Source: Lama guanicoe (taxonomy: Eukaryota). From it: a stretch of 64,000 nucleotides of DNA. The position numbers and the translations under genes are program-made. The notes below the pieces were generated by a model. It was not told the origin of the DNA and did no database searches. It was given only the letters and a program-made list of their open reading frames with translations. The stretch lies in contig MU056000.1 of NCBI GenBank assembly GCA_013239625.1, forward strand, positions 12,661,175-12,725,174, read 5' to 3'. The stretch's first letter is position 1. The number at the start of each line of letters is the position of its first letter. This document shows, piece by piece, positions 1 through 11,949 of this stretch.

Positions 1-859
1 AGCTATGTCAAAGTACATAGCTGCTCAGGTTGCTCACACATCTTGGTTTAGGTCTGATCAATTAGGTCCTTCATTTCTCCATGTATATTGGTGTTAAGTG
101 ATTTTTTTTTTTTTGGTTGCAGGATGCTTTGGAACTCTCCCTCTTTCTTTCCCTTTCTCCTTTCTCTTCTTTCAGAATGCCACCAAGAATTAGATAAATG
201 TATCTATTATAAATGCTGTGAAGAGTGATTTGTAGTGTGTTGTCAGATACAGGGCTGGCCTTGGGGAATCAGGGATTGGGTTAAGGATGCAGGTGGAAGA
301 GTAGGGAAGTAAGATGCTTCCATCTTCCCAGTCTAGAGAAATTAGGCTGGAGCCACATGCTCTGAAAGAAAAGGAGGTGTTTGCATTTCTATCATCTTTG
401 AGCTCTGATTACTAATGTAGTCATCTTTAAAGACTTCTACTGTTTACAATAAAACTGTAATCTCCCTCCTCCCCTCCTCTCTCCTGTGTTGCACAGCTCC
501 TGATTGCAAGTTTATTCTTGGCATCTTTGAATTGCAAGGATGCTTTCACGTTCTTTCTCCTCCATGCACTCTTCCATCCCTGCTGCTGCTCTTCACTTCC
601 TGCTGCAGAAGTGCTGAGCCTCTTGTAGGGCATCTCTCTCAGCCAATGAACATCCAGCAGAGAATGGAAACCTTCCACCCCACAAGTCGGGAAGAGGCTC
701 CTTACAAAGTATTATATTTTTCAAAAAGTGGCTGCAGTTGGTTTTGGTATTAGGCAGTGAAAAAAACCCCAAATGATTTAACATTGTTTGCATAATACAG
801 ATTTTCATTTACTGGAAGAAAACTTTGTGTTAAGTGTTTGTGTGTGTGTGTGACCGTAA

Positions 860-1320
860 ACATATTTCTTGAGTAACCTTTATGTGCCAGGTATGATGCT
901 AATTGACATATAATTGAACAGAACAACCATGGTCTCTTTCCTCAACCAATTTACAATCTAACATAAAGTAGACCTCACATTTCAAATCCAGAATGATATA
1001 ATTACCATATAACCACTGTATTTGAAGAAAGCAATAAAAAGTACACAGAACTTATAAGATGATTTAACAGGGGAATTTCATCTAGCTTGGAAATTGAAAT
1101 AATCCTTCCTATGAAAGGGGATTTATTATGAGAGCTTAAGGATGAGTAGGAACAGAGCAGATGAAATAAGGAGCCAGAAGCTGGGGGTAGAAATGAAAGA
1201 GAGGTGGGGAGTGTAGAGGAGGCTGATGGATGGAAAGAAAGTGGTAGTGTCATTGGATTGTAAGTCGCAATGCAGGGAAAAGTGTTGCAGTGAGGGGAGA
1301 GCAACAAGGCATTTAGAAAG
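860..1320 (-). mobile_element. L2 LINE 3' fragment (ancient)
   Basis: Degenerate L2 3'-end text in antisense (tatttcttgagtaacctttatgtgccagg...ggtctctttcctc...tttacaatcta) followed by purine-rich L2 body; boundaries approximate. Confidence 0.6.
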
Positions 1321-1844
1321 AGAGGAGATTAAGGGTTGTGTCTGTGTGTGTGTGTGTGTGTTTGTGAAATTGTGGCGGCATCTTAAGTGCAGTTTCTAAT
1401 TATGACTAAATATACGGTGTGGTTGTGGAAGCTGGTGCTGCAGGTGGAGTGATGGCAAAGACCGCTGGGTATCAAGTTAGGACAGTGCTGGCCCAGGTGT
1501 TGATGATGTGCACACGTGATGTTGAATTTACCTAGCTCCATGGCAGGCGTGAGATGAAAAGAAGACTGTGAGTCAGTGTTAAATTCTTTACTGCATGACC
1601 AGATGGTTAAGCAATGGCTACAAGGAGAAAAGGCTCTTATGGCCACTTGCTCAAAGGAGCCGCTTACAAAAGAGAGAGCGAGCATTTGTCTGGAGCTGGC
1701 ACTGGGGAGTCAGGAAGACATCACCTCAACACTTCCAACCCTGAGATATTTGGGGCTTGAGAATATAGCATAGCTCCCAATCTCAACTTGAGACAAGTAG
1801 AATTTTGAGGGGAAGGTAAGTTTCAGGGAAATCAAGGTAGTGTT

Positions 1845-1882
1845 TGTGTGTGTGTGTATGTGTGTGTGTGTGTGTGTGTGTG
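1845..1882. repeat. (TG)n microsatellite; smaller (TG)n tracts at ~839-852 and ~1344-1361
   Basis: Seen directly in sequence. Confidence 0.95.
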
Positions 1883-2342
1883 GTAACTTGGAAATGATTA
1901 TGGGTCAGAATCATGTAGAATACAGTAAGAAGAGACCTCCTAAAAATCTATACTCTCAGACATTCACCCAAACCTTGACTCTCTTCTATAGCACTTTCCA
2001 AATCACAGTAAAATGCCTGCTTAGAAACTTCCAGCAACAGGCAAATCACTATCTTATAATGCACAGCATTTCACTTTTGGTAGCTTTTTCTATTGGAAAA
2101 AAAAAAAGGTTCCGTATAATAGTAGATAACTCTCTAGCACTTTCTAGGTAAATGAGTAGAAAAAAGTGTTCAGAGGTGTGCAATGGTTGGGGGGGTAGAC
2201 TAAAATGTTATTTTATTTAAATTTTTGAGAACGAGAATTTTCTCTGTAATACTTTTGTGATTTAAAATATAAACACCAAATTTTTATTTTAAAAAATTGC
2301 AACACAATCTTGAAAATTAATTTAAAAATACTGTATGGTGTG

Positions 2343-2724
2343 TGCTGTGGACTGAATTTTGTCCTCTCAAAATGCATAGGTTGAAGCTCTAATCCACAAT
2401 GTGACTGTGCTTGGAGATAGAGCATTTAGGAGGTAATTAGGGTTAAATGAAGCCGAAAGTTGGGGCCCTGGTCCTATAGAATTGGTGTCCTTCTAGGATG
2501 AGATACCAGAATGCTCTCTCAAACTCTCTCTCTCTTTCTGCCCCAACTAAGTCAAGGCACAGCAAAAAGGCAGATATCTGCAAGCCAGGAAGAAGGCTCT
2601 TACCAGAAATCACACCAGCCAGCACCTTGATCTTGGACTTCCCAACTTCTAGAACTGTGAGAAATGAATTTCTCCTACTTAACTTACCCAGTCTGTGGTA
2701 TTTTGTCATTAGCAGGCTAACACA
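2343..2724 (+). mobile_element. MaLR solo LTR, MLT1A-like
   Basis: Starts TGCTGTGGACTGAAT..., contains ctgcaagccaggaagaaggc and accttgatcttggacttcccaacttctagaactgtgagaaatgaatttc, ends ...ctaacaca. Confidence 0.88.
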
Positions 2725-3149
2725 ATATAGTTGGAATTATGAATGTAATTAGTTTTCTGAATAAGTATTTTGATAATTACCAATTCTAATTATTCTTCAT
2801 ATTTTTCTTATTTGAATGGTAACCAGTTTACACTTGACAGAATAAATAGTAGCAGACTGAGAAAAATTTATAGATATTTTAAGTTAATTAAAAATATAAA
2901 TTCATTTAATTATTTTTTGGATGGGGTCCTGACTTTCTATATCCTGAAAATATTGTTGGTGTTTTTCTTGCTGTAGAGTAAGTTTTGAGTCCCGGGGATA
3001 GTAAGAATGCTCACTGTGTAGGCTCTGTTGTATTAAGGTAAATTCTGTGCCAGGAAGTTACTTGAAGGCTCTTCTGGAAATGTTTTTCTAAGTCCTTGTC
3101 CCTCTGGGTAGCACATACTGCCGCATCTACACTTAAGAAAACTATTACA

Positions 3150-4026
3150 GACATTCACTTGGCCAACAGGCACATGAAAAAATGCTCAATATCACTAATT
3201 ATCAGAGAAATGCAAATCAAAACTATGATGAGGTGTCACCTCACACCAGTCAGAATGGTCATCATTCAAAAGTCCACAAATGACAAATGCTGGAGAGGCT
3301 GTGGAGGAAAAGGAAACTCTCCTACACTGTTGGTGGGAATGTAGTTTGGTGCAGCCACTGTGGAAATCAGTATGGAGATTCCTCAAAAAACTAAACATAG
3401 ATTTACCATATGATCCAGCAAACTCACTCCTGGGCATATATCCAGAAGTCACTCTAATTTGAAAAGATACAGCCACCCCAGTATTCACAGCAGCACTATT
3501 TACAATAGCTAAGGCATGAACAACCTAAATGTCCATTGACACATAACTGAATAAAGAAGCTGTGGCATATTTATACAATGGAATACTACTCGGCCATAAA
3601 AAAGAATAAAATAATGCCATTTGCAGAAAGATGGATGGACCTGGAGATTGTCATTCTAAGTGAAGTAAGCCAGAAAGAGAAATAAAAATACCATATGACA
3701 TCACTTATATGTGGAATCTTAAAAAAAAAGATATAAATGAACTTATTTACAAAACAGAAACAGACTCACAGACATAGAATACAAACTTATGGTTATCAGG
3801 CAGGAGTAAGGGGTGGGAGGGTATAAATTGGGAGTTGGAGATTTGCAGATACTACTATACATAAAATAAACAACAAGCTAATACTGCATAGCATAGGGAA
3901 CTATACTCAACATCTTGTAGTAACCTACAATGAAAAAGTATATATGTATGTATATGTATGACTGAAAAGTTATGCTGTACACCAGAAATTGACACAAAGT
4001 TGTAAACTGACTATATGTCAATAAAA
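3150..4026 (+). mobile_element. 5'-truncated L1 (frameshifted ORF2 C-terminus + 3'UTR + A-tail), camelid/cetartiodactyl type
   Basis: Encodes [21 protein letters not shown] and [25 protein letters not shown] (L1 ORF2 C-terminal CCHC region); 15-bp TSD aagaaaactattaca (3135-3149) / aagagaactattaca (4027-4041). Confidence 0.96.
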
Positions 4027-4639
4027 AAGAGAACTATTACATCATATTAAAATGGTTACATGGTCATAACACTCCCGAATCTTTTCTTTTCACTCAAGTA
4101 TTTTTATTACTATTTTTTAAGAGTGAAAACTTGCTCATAAGGCTTTTTCTGTGAGAACCGGAGACTGATTTCTTTGATTTTTCTTCTTATCTTCTCCCCA
4201 ACAGAAGCTGCATGTTTTGAGAGTAACCACTGGGTTACAAGCAAAATAGCCCTAAATAAGCACAAATACTTTCCAATGAATGGTCATTTCTGGTATGATC
4301 TTAGATTTAAAAGCATCAAATTGACTGGGCCAAGACTGCCACCAGCATCCTGTAGCTCAGATCTCAGGCTTTACCCATGGACACATATGTCTTGTAATGA
4401 CAGTGCCTTCTTCTTTTAAAATCTAAACAGAGAAGGGCAGACAGGTAGTCTAATCAAGGGCCAGAGAAGTTTTGCCATTTTTGAATGGGCTTTTGAATTT
4501 GTCATTAAACTCAATATATACTTGTGTTATCAATTATGTGAAAACACAATTTTTTAGTAGGTAGAACCCATGTTTGCTAACAAAATCTATTTTCTCTCTC
4601 TCATTGTGTATTGTTTTTTGATATTGATTAAGTGTAGAT

Positions 4640-4750
4640 CTATTCATTCCGCAGACTTGACTGTGTACCTACTATGTGTCTGGCATAATGAGAAATGCTG
4701 TTGATACTCAGATACAAGGTACAGTGCCTGCTCACAAGCAGATAGAACTA
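4640..4750 (-). mobile_element. L2 3'-end fragment
   Basis: tattcattc...gtacctactatgtgtctggca...cagtgcctgctcacaagc resembles the antisense L2 terminus. Confidence 0.55.
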
Positions 4751-5389
4751 TTTATTAAATAAAGGAGGCAAGTTTGCACAACTGACCACATGCAAAGAGA
4801 GTAAAGAGGGACCAGAATCTAGGATGATGTACAGATTTCTGGTTTCCGTTATTGAACTGATGGGGAGTATAATTATTTTGACAAAGAACATGTTGGCACC
4901 TTATTTCTAAATAGTGGCAGGCTGGAAACCAGATAAAACTCCCCAATTTTGTCTCCTTTAACATATTAATGAAATGTACGTTCTAACTATGAGAACTATA
5001 TTCAACTATGATTTGGAGACTGGATTCATTTCCTTCCCTGTTGCCTTGGGGAACAAGAAATGAATTTCATGGGCAAGCAATTCATCATTTGAAAGAGCTG
5101 TTAATGCTTGGATTTGTCATTGATTGCTGAAATAATTTACAAAGAAGTTCAATGTGTGCCTCACATGGTAGGCTGATCATTGCCATGTCTATTTTTGAAC
5201 TATTAATTAATATGCATTTTGTTGTGCTGTTCTTGGTATTCTGACCCAAATTGACTACATGTATACACACTTATACAGGCTTATTAACATAAAATTGGAT
5301 CTGGAGAACCCAAGGTTTTAGTAAATGAGTTATTATTTCTTTAAAAAATTCACAGTATCTCAAAGTGCTTGCTCTGACAATAGAAATAT

Positions 5390-5849
5390 TGTTGGAAGAC
5401 AATTGTCCACAAGCCTTTAGTATTTCTAGATGTCATGTGAGTGAAGGGCTGACCTTTGTTCTGGAATATCTTTTCATGGATATGTGTACTGTGAATAGAC
5501 TTGGAAGACAGAGATGGTGTTTCCCCCTGGAGCAAAAGGCAGGCATGCTTGGTGTCCATCATAAAAGACTTGGGTTTCCTAAATTAAGGGTTCCTCTACT
5601 ATAACACAACCTGCTATGTATGCAGATGTCATCTGTCCCTCTTTGCATCATTCTGCAAGACTAGGGGACTGGGGAACTGGCACCAAAAATTCTGACACTC
5701 TGGTTACTGCTATTGCTATGATTAAAAACTGTCCTTTTTCTCTGACTCAGGAGTCTTGTGTCTTGCACCAGCATCCATGAAATTTCTGGCAGGATAACTT
5801 GTCAGCTTGCAAGTAGGGTGAATTCTCAGATCCTCCACAGCTCTTGACA
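5390..5849 (+). mobile_element. ERVL solo LTR, LTR40-like
   Basis: TGTTGG...TGACA ends; internal ctggagcaaaaggcaggcatgctt, ctctggttactgctattgct and ccagcatccatgaaa...agcttgcaagtagggt match my recollection of LTR40. Confidence 0.82.
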
Positions 5850-6218
5850 GTTACCATATTTCAGGTTTTTATCTTCTAATCCATAGGCTCTATATTCCAC
5901 CATCAAATATAAAACATTTTCCAGCATTAATAAGGTATAACTCTAAGTTATGGATCAAATACCAACAAAAAAAATTTATCCAATTTTCTTGTGATTTTTC
6001 CTGTGATTGCAAATAAATATGATGTCTATGATACTCCACATTTACTATATATCATAATTTAAAAATCTTATTGGGAAATATTGGAGTATAAGAGTACATT
6101 CAAAAACAAAAGCGTTTGTGAAAATGTGAAAGTTACCGATTATTTACAGATAATTTATTTTCAGTATACTTAAATGCAAGCACAATAAATAAGTGTTTTC
6201 CTTTTTGTTTTGTTTTTG

Positions 6219-6385
6219 TAATCAACTTTATTGAAGTATAATTTACGTCCAATGTAGACTGCATCCATTTAAAGTTTACAATTTGATGACTATTGAGGGT
6301 TGAATGTGGTTGTAAGACTACCATTGTAATCAAGACACAAGACATTTTCATCACCCCAAATGATTCCTGGTACCCTTTTTCAACC
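6219..6385 (-). mobile_element. Old L1 (L1MB-like) 3'UTR end
   Basis: aactttattgaagtataattta...ccatttaaagtttacaatttgatga...acattttcatcaccccaaa is a typical antisense L1MB 3' end. Confidence 0.78.
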
Positions 6386-9300
6386 CTTTTCAATGAATTT
6401 TGGTAACAAATGCAAGCCCTTTACAATGGGACACTCCAGGAACAATTTCTACTGAGGAACTTTTGCCAGCTTCCAATTTTATTTCCATTTTCAATCATTT
6501 CAAGAATGAATATTTGATTTTTTTTCCTTAAATATTTTCCCTGATAATTCCTCAGTCTAGTCTTTTCCTCTCTTCCATTTCCCTTGGAGGAGAAGGGCTG
6601 AGTAATATTCATGAGCTCATATAAATGGAATAAATAGCATGAATTTGAAACATATAAAGATTAAGTTGCCTGGCAGAAAAAAAAAATCACATTCATAAAA
6701 AAAGAAGGGTGTTAGTGTACTAGAGTGTGGAAACTAATCATGGAAGCAATGAAAAATGGTAATTATTTGTGTAATTAAGTGATAGATTATATATAAAAGA
6801 TATACTTCTTTGTTGACATTAATCATGATGTTTGATTTTAGGGTTTTTTCTTCACTCAGTAATTGATATGTTTCTAGGGAAGCTTTTTTCAAGTATTTGT
6901 TTTCATCCGCCTCTTCATAATCATGGCTCTCAAATCCAAGGATGGATTTTGAATAGTGTATTTCTCTCAGCGTGTAAAATAGGTCACATGTGTTACTTTG
7001 TCTTGAGACCTTTCAAAGAATGGAATGTGAGCAGAATTTGCAAAGCAGCTTTCCCACAGCAATAGTTATATGTGAAGGACAAGGCACATGTTCTAATTTT
7101 AAATGTGAAATAGGGCTAAATCACATATCTGGTTAGAGCTGTTCCAGTTGTTATGTGATTTCTGATTTATCAAACACCCATTCTCTCTCTTTTCTCATCA
7201 GTTTGGAGAGTAAACTTTATTTTTAAAAATTTGGATGGAAATCATAGTCTTCTGTCTGCTCTATACCTAAAAAGAAGGACATATTCCAAACGGTTTGGAA
7301 AACTATAAAATTGAAAACTTGAAGTCACTTATCTAGAATTTTTACATCACTCCTCTCTCAACCTCCCACTTCTTACTGGTGAGAGTTTTTTTTTTTCTCT
7401 TAGTTTGAGAAGAAAAACATGCAGCAACTATAAAAATGTAAAATAAAGCAAGTTTCTCTGATTAGTCTGCAATCTCTCTTTCCTTTTGCATCTGGAAATG
7501 CTTAGGTAGACATGTTGAAATCCACAGCATGCACATTTTATCCCTGTGTGTCTGTTTGCATCTTCCATGCCATTTTGCAGCCATGCCTGTCTTTTGTTAA
7601 GAATGAGATGATCAAAACAAGAACAATAAAAATTTTAAATCAACATCCCACCATCCCTTTTCGGCATTAAATATGGGACAATTTTTGTGTCTTTTCCAAA
7701 AAATAGTCTACCATAAGGAGCAGTTAGTAATTAGAATTTAAGTGGGGGGTGGAGGGGTGGGTGAGGGGCCTACGAGGTCTGTTCCACATACAAACATATT
7801 GTATAGCCTTTATTATAATTCAGAACAACATTATTCAACTGGATTCTGAATTTCTAGGTGTCACGCTACAGTTAAACTGTAATTAGAAAGTACTTGGCTT
7901 AGTGTGGGGCGGGTTAGCTGGGGTTCTGTTTGTTAGAATTAGATTAACTTCTGATGCATCAAATGCCTAGAGGTATCTTTTTGTGAATCACCCACCCAGA
8001 TAGAGAAATATTCTAATTTACACTAGATGTCCAGTATGTGACAGTAGAACATTAGGTGAGTGTGGGGCTGTTACACCTTCACGTGGATTGAGGTTTAACA
8101 GTATCCTATTTTCCCTATTTGGTTTCCAGCAGAAACAGTGTGATGATTTATACCTGAGATCCTTGTTGCTCCGTACCTGGTCAGGATTATCTGTCAGTTC
8201 ATAAGTACGGGGTGCTTTGATCTAAGGGAAAAACTTTTCTTTGGTTACTTTTGTTTTCATTTGTTTCTTTGATTGCTTTCACTGCTATACCAGTTCATAG
8301 AGGACAACACCGTAAATGCGAAATAAAGCAGACGTGTGGGGGCCAGAAAGAGCCAAGTAAGTAGTTCACTAGACTGGGAAAGCAAAGCTCAGGGAAGACT
8401 GAAAAATTGTAGTGAGAGTTGGAGTTGGGGTAACAGAAGCAACTGGTTTGTAGATAAGATAAAGGTTAGTTCAGGAACTAACTTCATAAAGGGAGTGCAC
8501 TTGCCCTGGTTGAATACTAAGTGAGTATGGCCAAAGGACGTGATGGGTTGGAGAGGCTGGTTTTGGAATTTGGACTAGGTCAAGATTTCTGGTCCAAAGA
8601 AGTTCAAGAAGGGGTCAGTGGGTACAAATGCATGTAAGAAACACAAAGTCAGGTAATAGGGATCAGAAATCCAGAGAGGACTCTTGGAGGATCAAGATCC
8701 AGGGACCTATGTCTGTAAAGAAAACATCAATAACCTTGACCAAAGATTAGGAAAAAAGTCAGGCTCTCAGCACAGGGTCTGAGCTGTGTGGTACCAAGAA
8801 CAAGAATAAAGCTTGATTTCAAGGCGTAATGTAAGTGCCACAACATCTTCTCCTGCCTGTGTGTGTGTGCAGAACTGATGTGCAATTTCGAGAAAGCCTG
8901 AGAATGCACTTTGTAGGAAGTAAGTTCTATCTGATCAGAGTGTTTGAGCAAATGGAAAGAAGTTTATTTTCTGATGCATTGTTCAAAACTGGAACATATC
9001 TGTTATTATTTTAAAACAAATACAGAGGGACACTTTTAATGTAGATGATAATACTCAGGAATGAACAAGGTGTAATCTCTTCAAAACATCAATTCTTTAC
9101 ACTGAAGCTTAGAAATATCTGCCAATTAATTTTCTCATTAACTCATGCACTTACTCACAAATATTTACTAAATGTCCACAGTACATAATGTCTTACAAAA
9201 TCTTAAAAACTTTAATATTAACTTCTATTATTTGTATGTTTAGAATTTCAATAGCAGAGAGTCAATAATTAACATTATTAGCAATTAATAATGGAGTGAC

Positions 9301-9974
9301 TGTTTAGGCAACTTCAAGCTCTGGGGAATTATGAAACTTACCAGAAAACATTGATGACAATGGAGAGAAATAAAATAAGGTCATAAAAGCCTGAAGTCGT
9401 GATTTGTGACTAGAATATTGATTTGAGAATGTATTATCTGAACCACTTAGCTACGATAATGGCAGAGTTTGGACGTCTGCATGGAACTGGTGATCGATCG
9501 TGTGGTGATGGAGAAGTTGGTCCAAACCCCCTACACTGGGTGAAAAGAAATTGATTTGGCAGCTTCCTCTGCATTTGTTATTTGAGATAATTTTAGCAGG
9601 GAACACCAGGCTAAAGCTTTGGTTTATAGTTATTATTTGAGATAATTTTAATATGGAATCCCAGAGTAAAGACATTTTTTGAGGGACACTGGCTCGAGCT
9701 GTTGGCCAGAAATAAAGTCTAAAAATTTTCTCCTTACTTCCTATTTGTGACTTGTGGTTTGTTGAGCCAGTCATTGTATTTTCCTGAAAGAATGACTATT
9801 TTTATTTAGTTCTGTTTTAAACACAATGAGAGTACGTATCTGGGTGTGGATAGAAACACAGCATGGGACGTATTGGGGCAGCAGGAGACAAACAAAGAAT
9901 TCAGGAATATGCTTCTTTACAAACTACAGAGCAAATATTATTTTGAATAAAACATTATTAATTAATTAATTTAG

Positions 9975-10095
9975 TGTAGGAGGAAGGTAAGTAAGTTTAT
10001 TTACTTAGTTTTTTTTTAGTGGAGGTATTGGGGATTGAACCCAGGACCTCATGCATGCTAGGCATGTCCTCTACCACTGAGCTATCACCTTCCCC
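9975..10095 (-). mobile_element. Camelid tRNA-Ala-derived SINE (Vic-1 type)
   Basis: Reverse strand reads ggggaaggtgatagctcagtggtagaggacatgcctagcatgcatgaggtcctgggttcaatccccaatacctcc followed by an A-rich tail. Confidence 0.92.
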
Positions 10096-11329
10096 AACTA
10101 GAAAATTATTTTAAATTTCAAATTATTCTCAGGAAGTTTTATATTCTTTTTTCCTTAAGCAAACTTTAGGTATGCATTATTTTAATCAGATTAAGAGTCT
10201 TGAAAGGAGTCAAGGTAGAGATTTAGAAAAAGAGAGTTTTTTTGTTTTGTTTATTTATTGTTTGTTTGTTTGTCTTGGTAAAGATGAGGGACTTTGGGCA
10301 GCTAGTGGGAAAGATGATGATACTGGAAACAGGAAGGCCCATAGATAAGAGGCAAGACAAGGAGAAGGTTTCAGAAAGGGAAGTAAGAGGAGTATTACTG
10401 AGTCTGGCCTGGAATTGAGTGCCACCAACCTTGCCTCTTCTTCCTGAGTTAATTATTAGAGCCGCTAGTGTCATAAATTTCAGTGTCCTTCAGTTTGACC
10501 CTGAGTACCTAAAGCAGGTAATTCAGCAGTCTTTTGTTTTGATGGGTTACTCCCTATTCAAATTCTACTCTTTCTGGGAGTAGAGAAGAGTGAAAAAGGG
10601 AAGAAAAAAATTAAAAATAAAAAGGAATAAGAATCTTACAAGACATTTTTATCTTTATTTACTTGGCTGTTAGTCCTTAATCTTTCATAAATATTTGAGT
10701 CTTTTCCTGATTTCTAGGCCCAGTGAATGCTAAAGTTATGCCAAGAATTAACTCTCTGCTGACATAATAGATTCATGTTATATGAATGTTTAAGACAGGA
10801 GAATTTAACTATCACTTGACTATGGGAAAAATAGACAGAAAAAGAATCTATGTATAAGGAGTGATTACGCCGTTCACTCCATTCAGTGAGTGTGTGCCTT
10901 GCCATGAGAACGAGATGGGAGACAGGAGCTGGAATCCCTCAGCCTCAGTTCCCGGGTGCTATCCATGGCATGAGCGTTGCAGAGTACTGAGATTCTGGTT
11001 TGTTTAAGCAACCAATGGATCGACCAACAAGTTGACCCTTACTTGATCCTTCTTGGGTCAATCCTTCATCCACAATTTCAAAATGGGAAACTAACAGGTT
11101 TCTATTTTTCTAATTCATTTAGTGTCAAAACCCAACCTCAATTGATGTGAACATTTTTTAATAGTCTTTATCCTATATAGTTTCATATTTATACACTTAA
11201 CCTCAGAAGTAATTAATGTGTTTGACTTTTGAATGTTTGAGATATTTCATAAAATATTGCATATACTCATATTGCCTAGCACCCCAATAAATTTGGCCTA
11301 ATGGCCAGATTGAGGAGAAGACAATGACT

Positions 11330-11445
11330 TTATTTAGTCCTTATAACAACCTCATAAGGTAAATACAACATTATACCAACGGAGAGACCTAATGAGGTTA
11401 AGTAACCTACTTGAGGTCATAAAGCTAGTAAGTAGGGAAGCAGGT
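11330..11445 (-). mobile_element. MIR SINE fragment
   Basis: acaacctcataaggta...gaggttaagtaacctacttgaggtcataaagctagtaagt is the MIR core in antisense. Confidence 0.7.
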
Positions 11446-11949
11446 CTGTTGAATTTTTAAAACTGTTTTACTTGTGTTTCCCCTCTTTTGTTTTAAAGTA
11501 AGTGTGGGAAAATGCCCCAAGAGTGTATGAAGTACATATTCTATTCTAAGTCCTTTACCCCATGCTTCTCTAACTTATTTCTCAGATCTACTGATGAACA
11601 GTTTTGTGTATATCTTTCCAGACTTGTTTTTGTCTCATAAATGTAGACACATATAGCAAGTGTAAAATGTAAGTCTATACACTCAAGAGCATCAGAAATG
11701 CATCTGTATATTTCTCTTACATGTCATTTCTTGTTTAAGCCCCCATTCCAAGATTAGAAGAAATAAAGTCTCAGAGCATAGGGTTATCTCAACCGATTCA
11801 AGATTTCCTCAGGGAAATCATCCCTGCCTTCCCACCTGGAGGTCAGGTCTGAAATCAAGAATGAGTTGGTGAAGGTTGCATTTACTCCTCCGTTGTTGTC
11901 TTCTTTTCACACTTGCAGCTGCCAAGATGTTTTATTTTTTCATTGCTTG

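Noticed and set aside
100..130. Strong acceptor-like tracts (also ~50235-50253, ~55890-55908)
   Set aside because: No convincing paired donor at exon distance; poly-T + CAG is common in such DNA
3096..3488. ORFs with real protein similarity (also 35365-35643, 54624-54818)
   Set aside because: Frameshifted L1 ORF2 remnants, not host genes
8300..8720. Purine-rich stretch resembling an old LTR or Gypsy-type repeat
   Set aside because: I could not match it to a family or find termini with enough confidence
10020..10095. tRNA-Ala(AGC)-like sequences (also ~12170-12243, ~61403-61480)
   Set aside because: They carry SINE tails, TSDs where visible and stem-breaking mutations, so they are Vic-1 SINEs rather than tRNA genes
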